Origin: Candidatus Promineifilaceae bacterium
Lineage (GTDB): Bacteria > Chloroflexota > Anaerolineae > Promineifilales > Promineifilaceae
Direction: 5' to 3'
Assembly: GCA_041568735.1 (NCBI GenBank)
Contig: JBFFZG010000001.1
Coordinates: 4,301-68,300 of the forward strand
Length of the DNA: 64,000 nucleotides
Each line of letters opens with the position of its first letter. Positions within the stretch are counted from its first letter, which is position 1. The notes beneath the pieces are model-generated. The model searched no databases, was not told where the DNA came from, and saw only the letters and a program-made list of their open reading frames with translations. Shown piece after piece: positions 9,449 to 18,187 of this stretch. Position numbers and translations under genes: made by a program.

Positions 9449-10809
9449 AGCTCTGAACGGTTCCGGCGGCTCACCCAGATCAGGCCGATCCCCAGGATGG
9501 CCAGCAGGGCCGCGCCCGATCCGAGCAGGGTCAGGCCGGCCGCATTGCCGGTAATTTCGGCCGCCGGGCTTCCCTCCCGGGTGGCCGGCGGTGTCGCCGT
9601 CGGGCCGGCTGCCCGGCTCACAGCGATGCCATCCTGCGGCTCGGCAGCGGCCGCCTGCCCAGGAGTTTCCGGGGTCCTGATTGGGGTCGGTGTGATCGGC
9701 GCCGGTGTGAAGGTGGGCGGAAAAGGAGTCGGCTCCAGCCGCCGGATGCGCAGCTCCTGCCCGGGCTGGAGCAGATCGGTTTCCGACAGCTGGTTCAAAG
9801 CCAGAAGCTCTTCCAGGGCCAGATTGTACCGGATCGCGATGGCCCAGAAGGTATCCCCTTCCTCCACGACATAGGTCAGCTGCGGGGTCGGGGTCGGCGG
9901 CGGCAGCTGCCCTTCCCGCAGCCGGATGACCAGCTCCTGTCCCGGCTGAATGAAAGCGCCTTCGGAGAGCCCATTAAAATACAGGAGGTCGGATAATTTC
10001 AGATTGTAGATCGCGGCGATCGTCCAGAGGGTCTGCCCTTTTCTGACCATGTGGGTGAAGGGAGGCGTTGGAGTCGGCGGCGGCGCCTGCCCTTCGGCCA
10101 GTCGAATCGTGATTTCATCCCCGGGCTGCAGGAAGCTGTCCTCTGTCAGGTTGTTGAACAGGAGGAGGTCCGAAAGGGGCACATCGTAGTAGGCGGCCAG
10201 AGACCAGAGCGCCTGGCCGACGCCGACCGTGTGAACGATTGACCCGTCTTCTCTCGGCGAGGCCAGGATAATCGGTTCGATCCGTAGCGGGGCCGGCTGG
10301 GCTTCTCGACGCGCCCCGGAGCCGCCGGCCTGCGTGTCAGCCGGTCGGCCGACCACGAGCGTATAGCGGTGCTGCCCATTGCCGAAAGCATAACCGACTC
10401 CCGCCTCGACATGGCGGGAGGAGACCAGTGTGTTGTAATGAACCGGGCTGTTGATCCACCAGGTCAGCCCCTGTTTGGCGGTCATGCTGGTCCCACCAAC
10501 GATATTTTCGACGACGAAACCCTGGTAGCCGAGGCCTGTGGCCCGGTCCTGGGGGGAAGTACCGCCGGATCCGGTGTGGGAATAGATATTGGCATTGGCC
10601 AGATAGCTGGCCTGCTGCTGGGCCGCCGCCGCCAGGGTGGCATTGTAGCGAAAAGGCGGCAGTCCCAGCTCCTGCCGGAAGCCGTTGATCAGCTGGAACA
10701 TGTCTGAGGCGGAATCCTGCGCTGAGACGGTCAGAGCTCCACCAGGACCAAAGAAATAACCCGGCAGGAAGGCTGCCAGGAGAAAAACAAGCCATTTCCA
10801 CGATCGCAT
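9445..10809 (-). CDS. secreted CAP/SCP domain protein with three LysM repeats and a C-terminal TM anchor
   Basis: 454 aa; N-terminal signal/TM (WKWLVFLLAAFLPG), YkwD-like CAP domain (ENIVGG, WWINSPVHYNT), three LysM units (HTVGVGQALWSLA..., HMVRKGQTLWTIA..., YVVEEGDTFWAIA...), Pro-rich linker, C-terminal hydrophobic helix plus RRNR. Confidence 0.8.
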   Translation of the reverse strand: MRSWKWLVFLLAAFLPGYFFGPGGALTVSAQDSASDMFQLINGFRQELGLPPFRYNATLAAAAQQQASYLANANIYSHTGSGGTSPQDRATGLGYQGFVVENIVGGTSMTAKQGLTWWINSPVHYNTLVSSRHVEAGVGYAFGNGQHRYTLVVGRPADTQAGGSGARREAQPAPLRIEPIILASPREDGSIVHTVGVGQALWSLAAYYDVPLSDLLLFNNLTEDSFLQPGDEITIRLAEGQAPPPTPTPPFTHMVRKGQTLWTIAAIYNLKLSDLLYFNGLSEGAFIQPGQELVIRLREGQLPPPTPTPQLTYVVEEGDTFWAIAIRYNLALEELLALNQLSETDLLQPGQELRIRRLEPTPFPPTFTPAPITPTPIRTPETPGQAAAAEPQDGIAVSRAAGPTATPPATREGSPAAEITGNAAGLTLLGSGAALLAILGIGLIWVSRRNRSEL

Positions 10810-10904
10810 CCCCGGAGTGTAGCACGTCCGGAAAGGGGGTCCAATGGCCTTTATTCTGATATTAACCGAAGGTAAAACGGGGGCAACGGTCGGCCGGAAA
10901 GGGA

Positions 10905-12287
10905 TTATTCGAGGAAAATATGATCGATGGCCGAGGCCAGCTGGCCGAGATTTCTCACCAGGTAGACTTCGTCACAGGCGGCGGCGTAGTGGTTCATGTC
11001 GCTGTCTCCGCTTCCCCAGAGCTGCTGGTTTTCCGGCGTGAACCAGACCAGCTTCTTGGCCCGCCGCTGCAGCTCGCGAACGAGGTCGAGCCGGGGATCT
11101 TCGTAGTTGTTCCGGCCGTCCCCGATAATAATCACCGTGGAGCGGCTGTTGACGGCGGCCAGGTGACGGTCAAAAAACGTGTGCAGGCTGTAGCCGAGAT
11201 TGGTGCGCCATAAATAGCCGGGAATACCCCTCTGGATCTGGGAAAAAACACCGGTCATTTCCCGGCGATCGGCCTGTTTGACAATCGCCGTCACTTCGCC
11301 CAGGTTGTCGTAGAAGGCGAATGTGCGCAGACGGGAGACCTGGTCCTGCATGGCCAGGACAAAATGGAGTAAAAATTCGATAACGGTCTGCATCGAGCGG
11401 GAGACATCAAAAATCAGGACGATATCCGGCTTGAGCTTCTTTTTCTTGTGCAGCAGCTCCAGTGGGACCCCTCCATAGCGCTGGCTCCGCCGGATGGTTG
11501 CCCGGGCGTCAAACCGGCCTCGAATCGCCTGCTTGCGCCGCAGAGCCGCCCGGGTTTTCAGCTGGTTGACGATGCGCTGAACTTCTTCGCGAAGCAGGGC
11601 CATTTCCTGGGCTGACAGGGCCTGGAACGACTTTTGCATGAGATCCGGCCCCTGGATATCGCGGGGCCGCTCCGCCTGGCGGCGCGAGATCTCGAGCCGG
11701 ACCCGGCTGGCGACGTGATCCATCAGGATTTCCCGGTTGGCTTCGGCGATCCCGAGCAGCCGCTGAATCAAATCTCCGGACATACCCAGGTCGCGCAGCT
11801 CCTGGGCCAGCTGGGCCAGCTTTTCCTCGAGCTGGCCGAAGCCGAGCTGCTGCAGCATGCGGCGAGTCACCCAGATCGACGAACCCCTGGAGGTGGCCCA
11901 ATCCAGCCCGGACTGGGCCAGTAAAGCCTCTAATTCCTCGGCGGAAGGGCCCTCGCCGGTCAGCAGCCACGAGAGAAGCCGGTTCAGCCGTTCATCGAAG
12001 GAAGCCAGCACCTGCTGCAGGCGCGATTGATCAGCCGCCGAGAGATCTTCGAGCGCATCCTGCAGGGCCAGATCGTGATGACTGAAATAGATGGGGAACA
12101 GCTCCTCAAAAACCGGAAAATCCCCCTTATTTTTGATCAGGGTCACGCGGAGAACGCTTTTGAAAATCTCGCGCCGATCGACCCCCAGAAGGCGCACCGC
12201 TTCGAAGGCGTCGATCTCCTCCGCCGTCGACACCGCCGCGCCAGCCGCCCGCAGTCCGCGCACAAATTCGACGATCCGATCATCCAT
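10905..12287 (-). CDS. VWA domain protein, CoxE-like (paralog 1)
   Basis: 460 aa; helical N-terminal half starting MDDRIVEFVRGLRAAG, C-terminal VWA with MIDAS DVSRS and IIIGDGRNN. Confidence 0.8.
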   Translation of the reverse strand: MDDRIVEFVRGLRAAGAAVSTAEEIDAFEAVRLLGVDRREIFKSVLRVTLIKNKGDFPVFEELFPIYFSHHDLALQDALEDLSAADQSRLQQVLASFDERLNRLLSWLLTGEGPSAEELEALLAQSGLDWATSRGSSIWVTRRMLQQLGFGQLEEKLAQLAQELRDLGMSGDLIQRLLGIAEANREILMDHVASRVRLEISRRQAERPRDIQGPDLMQKSFQALSAQEMALLREEVQRIVNQLKTRAALRRKQAIRGRFDARATIRRSQRYGGVPLELLHKKKKLKPDIVLIFDVSRSMQTVIEFLLHFVLAMQDQVSRLRTFAFYDNLGEVTAIVKQADRREMTGVFSQIQRGIPGYLWRTNLGYSLHTFFDRHLAAVNSRSTVIIIGDGRNNYEDPRLDLVRELQRRAKKLVWFTPENQQLWGSGDSDMNHYAAACDEVYLVRNLGQLASAIDHIFLE

Positions 12288-12367
12288 GGCTCATTGTCCC
12301 GGGTAGGAGGGGTACGACCCTCCGCGGCCGGTTGGCCTCCGACGGCTCCTCTCCCCGCCGCGCCCGT

Positions 12368-13750
12368 TCATCCGTTGGCCAGGAGTTTATCGACGGCTGC
12401 CGACAGCTGGCGCAGATTGCGCACCGGGTAGATCGCGTCGCAGTATGGGGCATATTGATCCATATCGCTGTCGTCCTGGCGGTTCCATGGATCCTCGGTA
12501 TTAAACCAGATCAACCGCTTGGAGCGGCGCTGGAGGTCCTGCAGGAGATCCGAACGCGGGGGATTGTAGCTGTTGCAGCCGTCCCCGACGACGATGACCG
12601 TCGCTCGCGTATTGACCGCCGCCAGGTAGCGGTCAAAAAAGATTTCGAGGCCGCGCCCGAGATTGGTTTTATAGGGGCCGCCGTGCACCGCCAGGCGGAC
12701 CGGCGTGTAGATGTCATCGTCGTGCCGGGCGTTGACCCGATTCATGATATCGGTGATTTCGGCCAGGTCCTCGTAAAAAGCAAACGAGCGCACTTTGGAA
12801 ACCTGATCCTGCAGCTCGTAGATGAGGCGCAGGGCGAAATCGACGGTGTCTTTCAGGGAGCCGGAAACGTCGAGGAGGAGAACCAGGCTCGGTTTTTGTT
12901 TTTGTTTTTTCCAATGGAGTTCAAACGGCACACCGCCGAATCGCTGATTGTGACGCACGGTCGTCTTGGCGTCGAACTTCCCCTTCTGTCCCCGCTTGCG
13001 GCGCAGGGCGGCGCGGGTTCGGAGCTGGTTGACCAGCCGTGAAAGCTCGCGGCGCAGCTCCAATTTTTCCTGATCGCTGAGTGAATCGAAGGCCTTCCCC
13101 ATCAGGTCGGAATCATAGAGCTCATCCGGCCGTTCGGCTCGATCCTGGGCGATCTGCAGGCCGACCTGCTGGGCCATGTAGTCGGCGAGCATTTCGCGAT
13201 TGGCTTCTACGATTCCCAGCAGCTTCTCGATGGCCTCCTGGCTCATCCCCATCGCCTGCAGCGCCTGGATCAATTCGGCCATTTTTTCCTGCAGCCGGTC
13301 GAACCCGAGCTCGCGCATCATCTCCCGCGTGATCCAGCGGGCATCTTCGGGTGTGCGGGCCCAGCGCCGGCCGGCCATCTCGGCCAGCTGTTCGAGCTCC
13401 TCTTTAGTCGGGCCGCTGCCGCTGGTCAGCCACTCGAGCAGTTGGTCGAGCCGGCCGCTCAGCGCCTGCAGCGCCGCGCGCAGCATCTCCTGGTCATCCG
13501 GAGACATGTCGTCGAAGGCGTTCTGGAACGGCGGCTCGCCGCCGCTGAAATACAGGGGGAAGAGCTGATCGAATGCCTCGTAGCTGTCCACTTCCTTGAT
13601 GAGGGTGGCCCGCAGCGTTTCGCGGAACAGCTCCCGGTGTCCAATCCCGATCACCCGGGTCGCTTTCAGGGCATCCTGGCTTTCGGCGACCGAGACGCGG
13701 ACGCCGGCCGCGCGCAGTCCTCGAATAAATTCAATGACCCGATCATCCAT
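12368..13750 (-). CDS. VWA domain protein, CoxE-like (paralog 2)
   Basis: 460 aa, colinear with paralog 1 (roughly half the residues identical by eye); MDDRVIEFIRGLRAAG, MIDAS DVSGS, VVGDGCNS; AGGAG upstream of the ATG. Confidence 0.8.
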   Translation of the reverse strand: MDDRVIEFIRGLRAAGVRVSVAESQDALKATRVIGIGHRELFRETLRATLIKEVDSYEAFDQLFPLYFSGGEPPFQNAFDDMSPDDQEMLRAALQALSGRLDQLLEWLTSGSGPTKEELEQLAEMAGRRWARTPEDARWITREMMRELGFDRLQEKMAELIQALQAMGMSQEAIEKLLGIVEANREMLADYMAQQVGLQIAQDRAERPDELYDSDLMGKAFDSLSDQEKLELRRELSRLVNQLRTRAALRRKRGQKGKFDAKTTVRHNQRFGGVPFELHWKKQKQKPSLVLLLDVSGSLKDTVDFALRLIYELQDQVSKVRSFAFYEDLAEITDIMNRVNARHDDDIYTPVRLAVHGGPYKTNLGRGLEIFFDRYLAAVNTRATVIVVGDGCNSYNPPRSDLLQDLQRRSKRLIWFNTEDPWNRQDDSDMDQYAPYCDAIYPVRNLRQLSAAVDKLLANG

Positions 13751-13825
13751 TCCAATTTGCTCCTGGACCGGTCACAGGCGGCCGTTCCCCCTTTCCAGAG
13801 GCCGGCTGCCAGGGATAGACCCGGG

Positions 13826-14722
13826 TTAGTGACCCATGCGCCGCTGTGCCTGCTGCACATCGGCCTCATATTTCAACAATACCGTCAGCGTATTTTCCAG
13901 TGTTTCTTTGTCGATCTGCTTGGCATTCAATGTCACCAGCGCCTTGGCCCAATCGAGGGTTTCGCTGATGCTGGGCATCTTGCGCAGGTTCATGCGGCGC
14001 AGCTCCTGGACGACGCTGACCGCCTGTTTGGCCAGCTCCTCGGCCAGCTGCGGGACTTTAAGCCGGACAATATTTAATTCATCCTGCAAGCTGGGATAGT
14101 CGACGAAAAGGAACAGGCAGCGCCGTTTCAGTGCTTCACTCAGCTCCCGGGTGTTGTTGCTGGTCAGCAGGACCATCGGCTGGTGTTTGGCGTGGATCGT
14201 GCCGAGCTCCGGGATACTGACCTGAAAATCACTCAGAACTTCGAGCAGGAAGGCCTCAAATTCGACATCAGCCCGATCGATTTCATCGATGAGCAGGACA
14301 ACCGGCTCGTCCGACATCATGGCGGTGAGCAGGGGGCGGGGCAGAAGGAAATCTTCGGAAAAGAATACGTTGTCTTCTTTGGCCAGGCGATCGGCCGCCT
14401 CGCGCAGGCTGGTGGCATTTCCCAGAACATCCTTCAGGGTATCCCGGAGCAGCTGTGTGTAGAGCATCTGCTTGGCGTACTCCCATTCGTACAGAGCCTT
14501 GCTTTCATCCAGCCCTTCGTAGCACTGCAGGCGAATCAGCGGCCGGCCGGTCGAGGAGGCCCAGACTTTAGCCAGCTCCGTCTTCCCCACCCCGGCCGGT
14601 CCCTCGGCCAGGATCGGCTTGCACAGGGACTGCGCCAGGTAAACAACCGTCGCGATATTATCCGAGGCGATGTATTTCTGCTCTGAAAACCGCTCGCGGA
14701 CATCTTTGGTGTCCTTAAACAT
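13826..14722 (-). CDS. MoxR-type AAA+ ATPase (CoxD-like)
   Basis: Walker A GPAGVGKT, Walker B VLLIDEIDRA, sensor region LLTSNN. The track ORF starts at a GTG at 14737. I prefer the ATG at 14722 (MFKDTKD) because AAGGAG sits about 7 nt upstream. Confidence 0.85.
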   Translation of the reverse strand: MFKDTKDVRERFSEQKYIASDNIATVVYLAQSLCKPILAEGPAGVGKTELAKVWASSTGRPLIRLQCYEGLDESKALYEWEYAKQMLYTQLLRDTLKDVLGNATSLREAADRLAKEDNVFFSEDFLLPRPLLTAMMSDEPVVLLIDEIDRADVEFEAFLLEVLSDFQVSIPELGTIHAKHQPMVLLTSNNTRELSEALKRRCLFLFVDYPSLQDELNIVRLKVPQLAEELAKQAVSVVQELRRMNLRKMPSISETLDWAKALVTLNAKQIDKETLENTLTVLLKYEADVQQAQRRMGH

Positions 14723-14898
14723 GTATCTCTCCTTCACTTCAGCCTGCTGCGGCTTTTTTGGGGCCGGCAGTTCGGGTTGCTGCTCTGCCAGATCCGCCGG
14801 CGCGGCGGTCGGGTTGTTAATCTACGGGAAAAGTCGTTCGCTGCCTGAGGTGATTGTAATGGTGAAAAGTTAAAGCGCAAATAACGATGAGAATCGGG

Positions 14899-15375
14899 TT
14901 AAAGGTCGTTTGGCTCAGGGTCTCTCTGAAATCGGTTGACATAATCATCATAATCGACCAGCCGCCGATCATAACGGGCCCCCATCAGGGGCGAGGAGAT
15001 GATGAAATCGGCTGTCGTGCGGTTCATGGCCACGGGGATATTCCAGACCACGGCCAGCCGCAGCAGCGCCTTGACATCTGGATCGTGCGGCTGGGCCGCC
15101 AGCGGATCCCAAAAGAAAATCAGGAAATCGATCGCCTGCTCGGCGATTTTAGCGCCGACCTGCTGGTCGCCCCCGAGAGGACCGCTCTGCAGCAGGTCGA
15201 CTTCGAGACCCAGCTGCGCCACCAGGATCGAGCCGGTCGTCCCGGTCGCGTACAGGCGGTGCTGGCCCAGTGTGCCCCGGTTAAAGCGGGCCCATTCGAG
15301 CAGATCATCTTTTTTATTGTCGTGCGCCACCAGGGCGATCCGCTTGCGCGGTTCCATTGCGATCGTTTTGGTCAT
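14899..15375 (-). CDS. mgsA: methylglyoxal synthase
   Basis: 158 aa; [57 protein letters not shown] align along the full length with E. coli MgsA as remembered; GGAGG upstream. Confidence 0.9.
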   Translation of the reverse strand: MTKTIAMEPRKRIALVAHDNKKDDLLEWARFNRGTLGQHRLYATGTTGSILVAQLGLEVDLLQSGPLGGDQQVGAKIAEQAIDFLIFFWDPLAAQPHDPDVKALLRLAVVWNIPVAMNRTTADFIISSPLMGARYDRRLVDYDDYVNRFQRDPEPNDL

Positions 15376-15456
15376 GCTGCCTCCTGCTACAGCTGCTCCT
15401 TCGGATTGTAGCAGAAATCAGGGGCTGCTGACTTTCCATTGGTTATCTTAGCAAAC

Positions 15457-15485
15457 TTGAACCGGATCAGTGGGCCGACTATACT
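15457..15485 (+). promoter_or_regulatory. sigma70-type promoter for the NYN-domain gene
   Basis: TTGAAC - 17 nt - TATACT, about 75 nt upstream of the ATG at 15560. Confidence 0.5.
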
Positions 15486-15559
15486 TTCTGGACAGTTGCG
15501 GATGAGAAAGCCCCCAACCTGATGCTGGTCAACTAAAAAGCAATATCGACGGACTCCCG

Positions 15560-16408
15560 ATGGAATTTATGCTAAAAAAATCCACTTCAATGCGAGTCGG
15601 CGTTTTTGTCGACACGGCCAACATGTATCTGAACGGTGGACAGCGGATGCGCTATGATGTTCTCCGAGAATTTGCCACTCGAGACGGTGCCGAGCTTTTT
15701 CGCCTCAATGCCTACGTCACGTTTGACTCCGAGCGGGCCAGGAATGATTCCCTTTACGACAAAGGAGTGAAGCGCTTTTACGCCGTCCTCCGCGATTTCG
15801 GCTACAAGGTCATCGTCAAAGAAGTGCGCTGGTTCGAGGACGAATCGGGCAAGCGCTACGGGAAGGCAAATGCTGATCTCGACATGGCGGTCGATCTGCT
15901 GCAGCAGTCGGAAAATCTCGATCGCATCGTCCTGGCCACCGGCGACGGCGACTTCGCCCGCGTCGTCGAAGCGGTGCAGGCCAAGGGCTGCCGGGTCGAG
16001 GTTCTCGTCCTCGACAATGGATCGCGCCTGCTGCGGCAGGAGGCCGATCTGTTCATATCGGGATTCCTGATCCCTTCCCTGGTGCCGGCCGAAAATGGGG
16101 GGGCAGAGGCCGCCTGGGGTGAATTTGGCTCAACCGTGCGCGGTGTCTGCTATTTTCACAAAAATGATTATGGCTTTGTCCGCTTCCTGGGCGACATCAA
16201 TCCCAATCTGTGGGTGACGGATACCAAACGGCCGGATTCTCCCTACCTGACCGCCTATTTCAACGACAGCCAGCTCCCCCGCGACTTCGATAAGAACCAG
16301 CTCCCCAGCTACAACCATATCTTTGAGTTCAAGATCGTGGAATCGGCCCACGGAGAAGGGAATCTCGAAGCCAGGGGAATCACCCTGAAGAGCTGGCTCC
16401 CAGGCTGA
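15560..16408 (+). CDS. NYN (LabA/DUF88-like) domain protein with C-terminal cold-shock/OB-like domain
   Basis: 282 aa; VGVFVDTANMY and LATGDGDFARVVEAVQAKGCRVEV are typical of NYN/LabA. The C-terminal VRGVCYFHKNDYGFVRF...FEFKIVES looks CSD/S1-like. Confidence 0.75.
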   Translation: MEFMLKKSTSMRVGVFVDTANMYLNGGQRMRYDVLREFATRDGAELFRLNAYVTFDSERARNDSLYDKGVKRFYAVLRDFGYKVIVKEVRWFEDESGKRYGKANADLDMAVDLLQQSENLDRIVLATGDGDFARVVEAVQAKGCRVEVLVLDNGSRLLRQEADLFISGFLIPSLVPAENGGAEAAWGEFGSTVRGVCYFHKNDYGFVRFLGDINPNLWVTDTKRPDSPYLTAYFNDSQLPRDFDKNQLPSYNHIFEFKIVESAHGEGNLEARGITLKSWLPG

Positions 16409-16453
16409 TTTTTTTTGCAGGACACCGGTCAGGACTCCCAGATCGACGGCCGC

Positions 16454-16816
16454 TCAGGTCCGCTCGATCAGCTCCAACCGGTTGCCGAAGGGGTCGCGCA
16501 GCTCACAGCGCCGGTAGCCGGGGATTGGCAACTGGCTGCTCGTCGGATACCCGGCCGCGTCCAGACGATCCCGCAGGGCCGGCAGATCGCGGACCAGGTA
16601 GGCCAGATGGGCGCGAGAACGGCTCAGCAGGTTCCCGGTTTCGATCCCGAGATGGACCTCCCGATCGCCGACCTGCAGCCAGAGCCCGCCACGGGGCTGG
16701 AGAGCGGCCGGTTTTTCAATTTCCTGGAATCCCAATAAATCGCAGTAGAACGCCCTCGCCGCCGGTTCACTGCCGGGTGGAATGGTGATTTGTGCGTGGT
16801 GCAGGTCCAGGATCAC
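16454..16816 (-). CDS. VOC family (glyoxalase/bleomycin-resistance/dioxygenase fold) protein
   Basis: 120 aa; LHHAQITIP...ARAFYCDLLGFQEI and HLAY...ELRDPFGNRLEL fit the single VOC module pattern. Confidence 0.8.
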   Translation of the reverse strand: MILDLHHAQITIPPGSEPAARAFYCDLLGFQEIEKPAALQPRGGLWLQVGDREVHLGIETGNLLSRSRAHLAYLVRDLPALRDRLDAAGYPTSSQLPIPGYRRCELRDPFGNRLELIERT

Positions 16817-16837
16817 GCCGATTTTCCAAGCGGGCCC

Positions 16838-18175
16838 CTAGCAGCAGAGACAGGCATGGAGGGGCGGTCCCTGGAGCGCCAGCTCGCCCAGCAGGGTCTG
16901 ATAGAACTGAATCATTCGCTCGGCGATCCGGCTCCAATCGTACTGCCGCGCGTAGGCCTGGGCCTGGCGGCCGAGCGCCGCGCGCAGGACAGGATCGCTG
17001 AGAAGCAGACAGAGCCGGTCCGCCAGGGCTTCAGGATCCCGCGGGGGAATGTGGAAGCCGGTTTCCCCGTCTTTGATGAGATGGGCCAGCCCCCCGACTT
17101 CCGAGGCGACGACCGGGGTTCCCATGGCCATGGCTTCCAGGGCGACGAGTCCGAAGCTCTCGTAGTGAGAAGGCATCACAACGACTTCTGCCGCTGCGTA
17201 GTATTTCGGCAGGTCATTCTGATTTTTCGCGCCAATAAATCCGACCAGCTCGGTCACCCCCAGTTCCTCGCGCAATGCCTGCAAGCGGGCCATCTCCCGC
17301 TCCGGATTGAGCGCCCAGGGATCACCCCCGACGATGGAAAAACAGGTATTGGCCATGATTTCCGGCTGCTGATCGCGCAGGATCGCCGCCGCTTCAATCA
17401 GGGTATCGATCCCCTTCAGCGGCTCGATCCGGCCGACAAACATGATGTTTTTTCCGTCACAGGGCATGCCGAGGGCCTGCCTCGACTGCACCCGATCGAG
17501 CGGGTGGAAGCGGCTGAGGTCAACACCCGGGGGGATTATGACGATTCGGCCGGGATCGGCGCCGTACAGGGAGACGAGCTGGATTTCCTCGGCCGGCGTG
17601 GCCGCGATGACCGCGTCGGCCACGTGGTTGATGATATGGCGCTCGCCGTCGATCCGGGCCTGGGGGGCTTTTTCCTCCGGCCGCGGATAAATGAGATTTT
17701 TCATGTGGCCCAGTGTGTGGAACATCTGCACGATGGGCAGGTGGCGCCCATAGGTGGGCTCCCACCGGGCCCGCAGGCGTTCGGCTACCAGGCCGGAAAG
17801 CCAGTAGTGACTGTGGATGAGATCGTATTTCGCCTTTTCTTCCGCGGCAAATCGGAGAACCCCCTCGACAAATTCGTCGAGATAGTCGATGATCTCGGCC
17901 GGGAGAACCGGCACTTCCGGCCCGGCAGGAATATGAATCACCCGCGCGCCGTACCCAAGGTCGTGTTTGATACGAGGCTGGCAGTCGTCTTCAGATCGCG
18001 TAAAGACGTCGACCTGAATCCCCATCCGGCCCAGCTCGGCCGCCAGATCGCGCACATAGACATTCATACCCCCCGTCTTTTTGCCCCCCATCATGGCCAG
18101 GGGACAGGTATGGACGCTGAGCATGGCGATCCGTTTTATTCCGTACTGATTTACTTCGGTCAATCGATTCCTCAT
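16838..18175 (-). CDS. GT4 glycosyltransferase, MshA-like
   Basis: 445 aa; RIAMLSVHTCPLAMMGGKKTGGMNVYVRDLAAELGRMGIQVDVFTR closely mirrors the MshA N-terminus; C-terminal ESFGLVALEAMAMGTPVV GT4 motif. Confidence 0.85.
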   Translation of the reverse strand: MRNRLTEVNQYGIKRIAMLSVHTCPLAMMGGKKTGGMNVYVRDLAAELGRMGIQVDVFTRSEDDCQPRIKHDLGYGARVIHIPAGPEVPVLPAEIIDYLDEFVEGVLRFAAEEKAKYDLIHSHYWLSGLVAERLRARWEPTYGRHLPIVQMFHTLGHMKNLIYPRPEEKAPQARIDGERHIINHVADAVIAATPAEEIQLVSLYGADPGRIVIIPPGVDLSRFHPLDRVQSRQALGMPCDGKNIMFVGRIEPLKGIDTLIEAAAILRDQQPEIMANTCFSIVGGDPWALNPEREMARLQALREELGVTELVGFIGAKNQNDLPKYYAAAEVVVMPSHYESFGLVALEAMAMGTPVVASEVGGLAHLIKDGETGFHIPPRDPEALADRLCLLLSDPVLRAALGRQAQAYARQYDWSRIAERMIQFYQTLLGELALQGPPLHACLCC

Positions 18176-18187
18176 GGCTGCTCTCGG

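Noticed and set aside
10905-14722. Calling the MoxR + VWA genes coxD/coxE of a CO dehydrogenase cluster
   Set aside because: No coxL/M/S or other molybdo-hydroxylase genes occur in the window, so only the family resemblance is reported.
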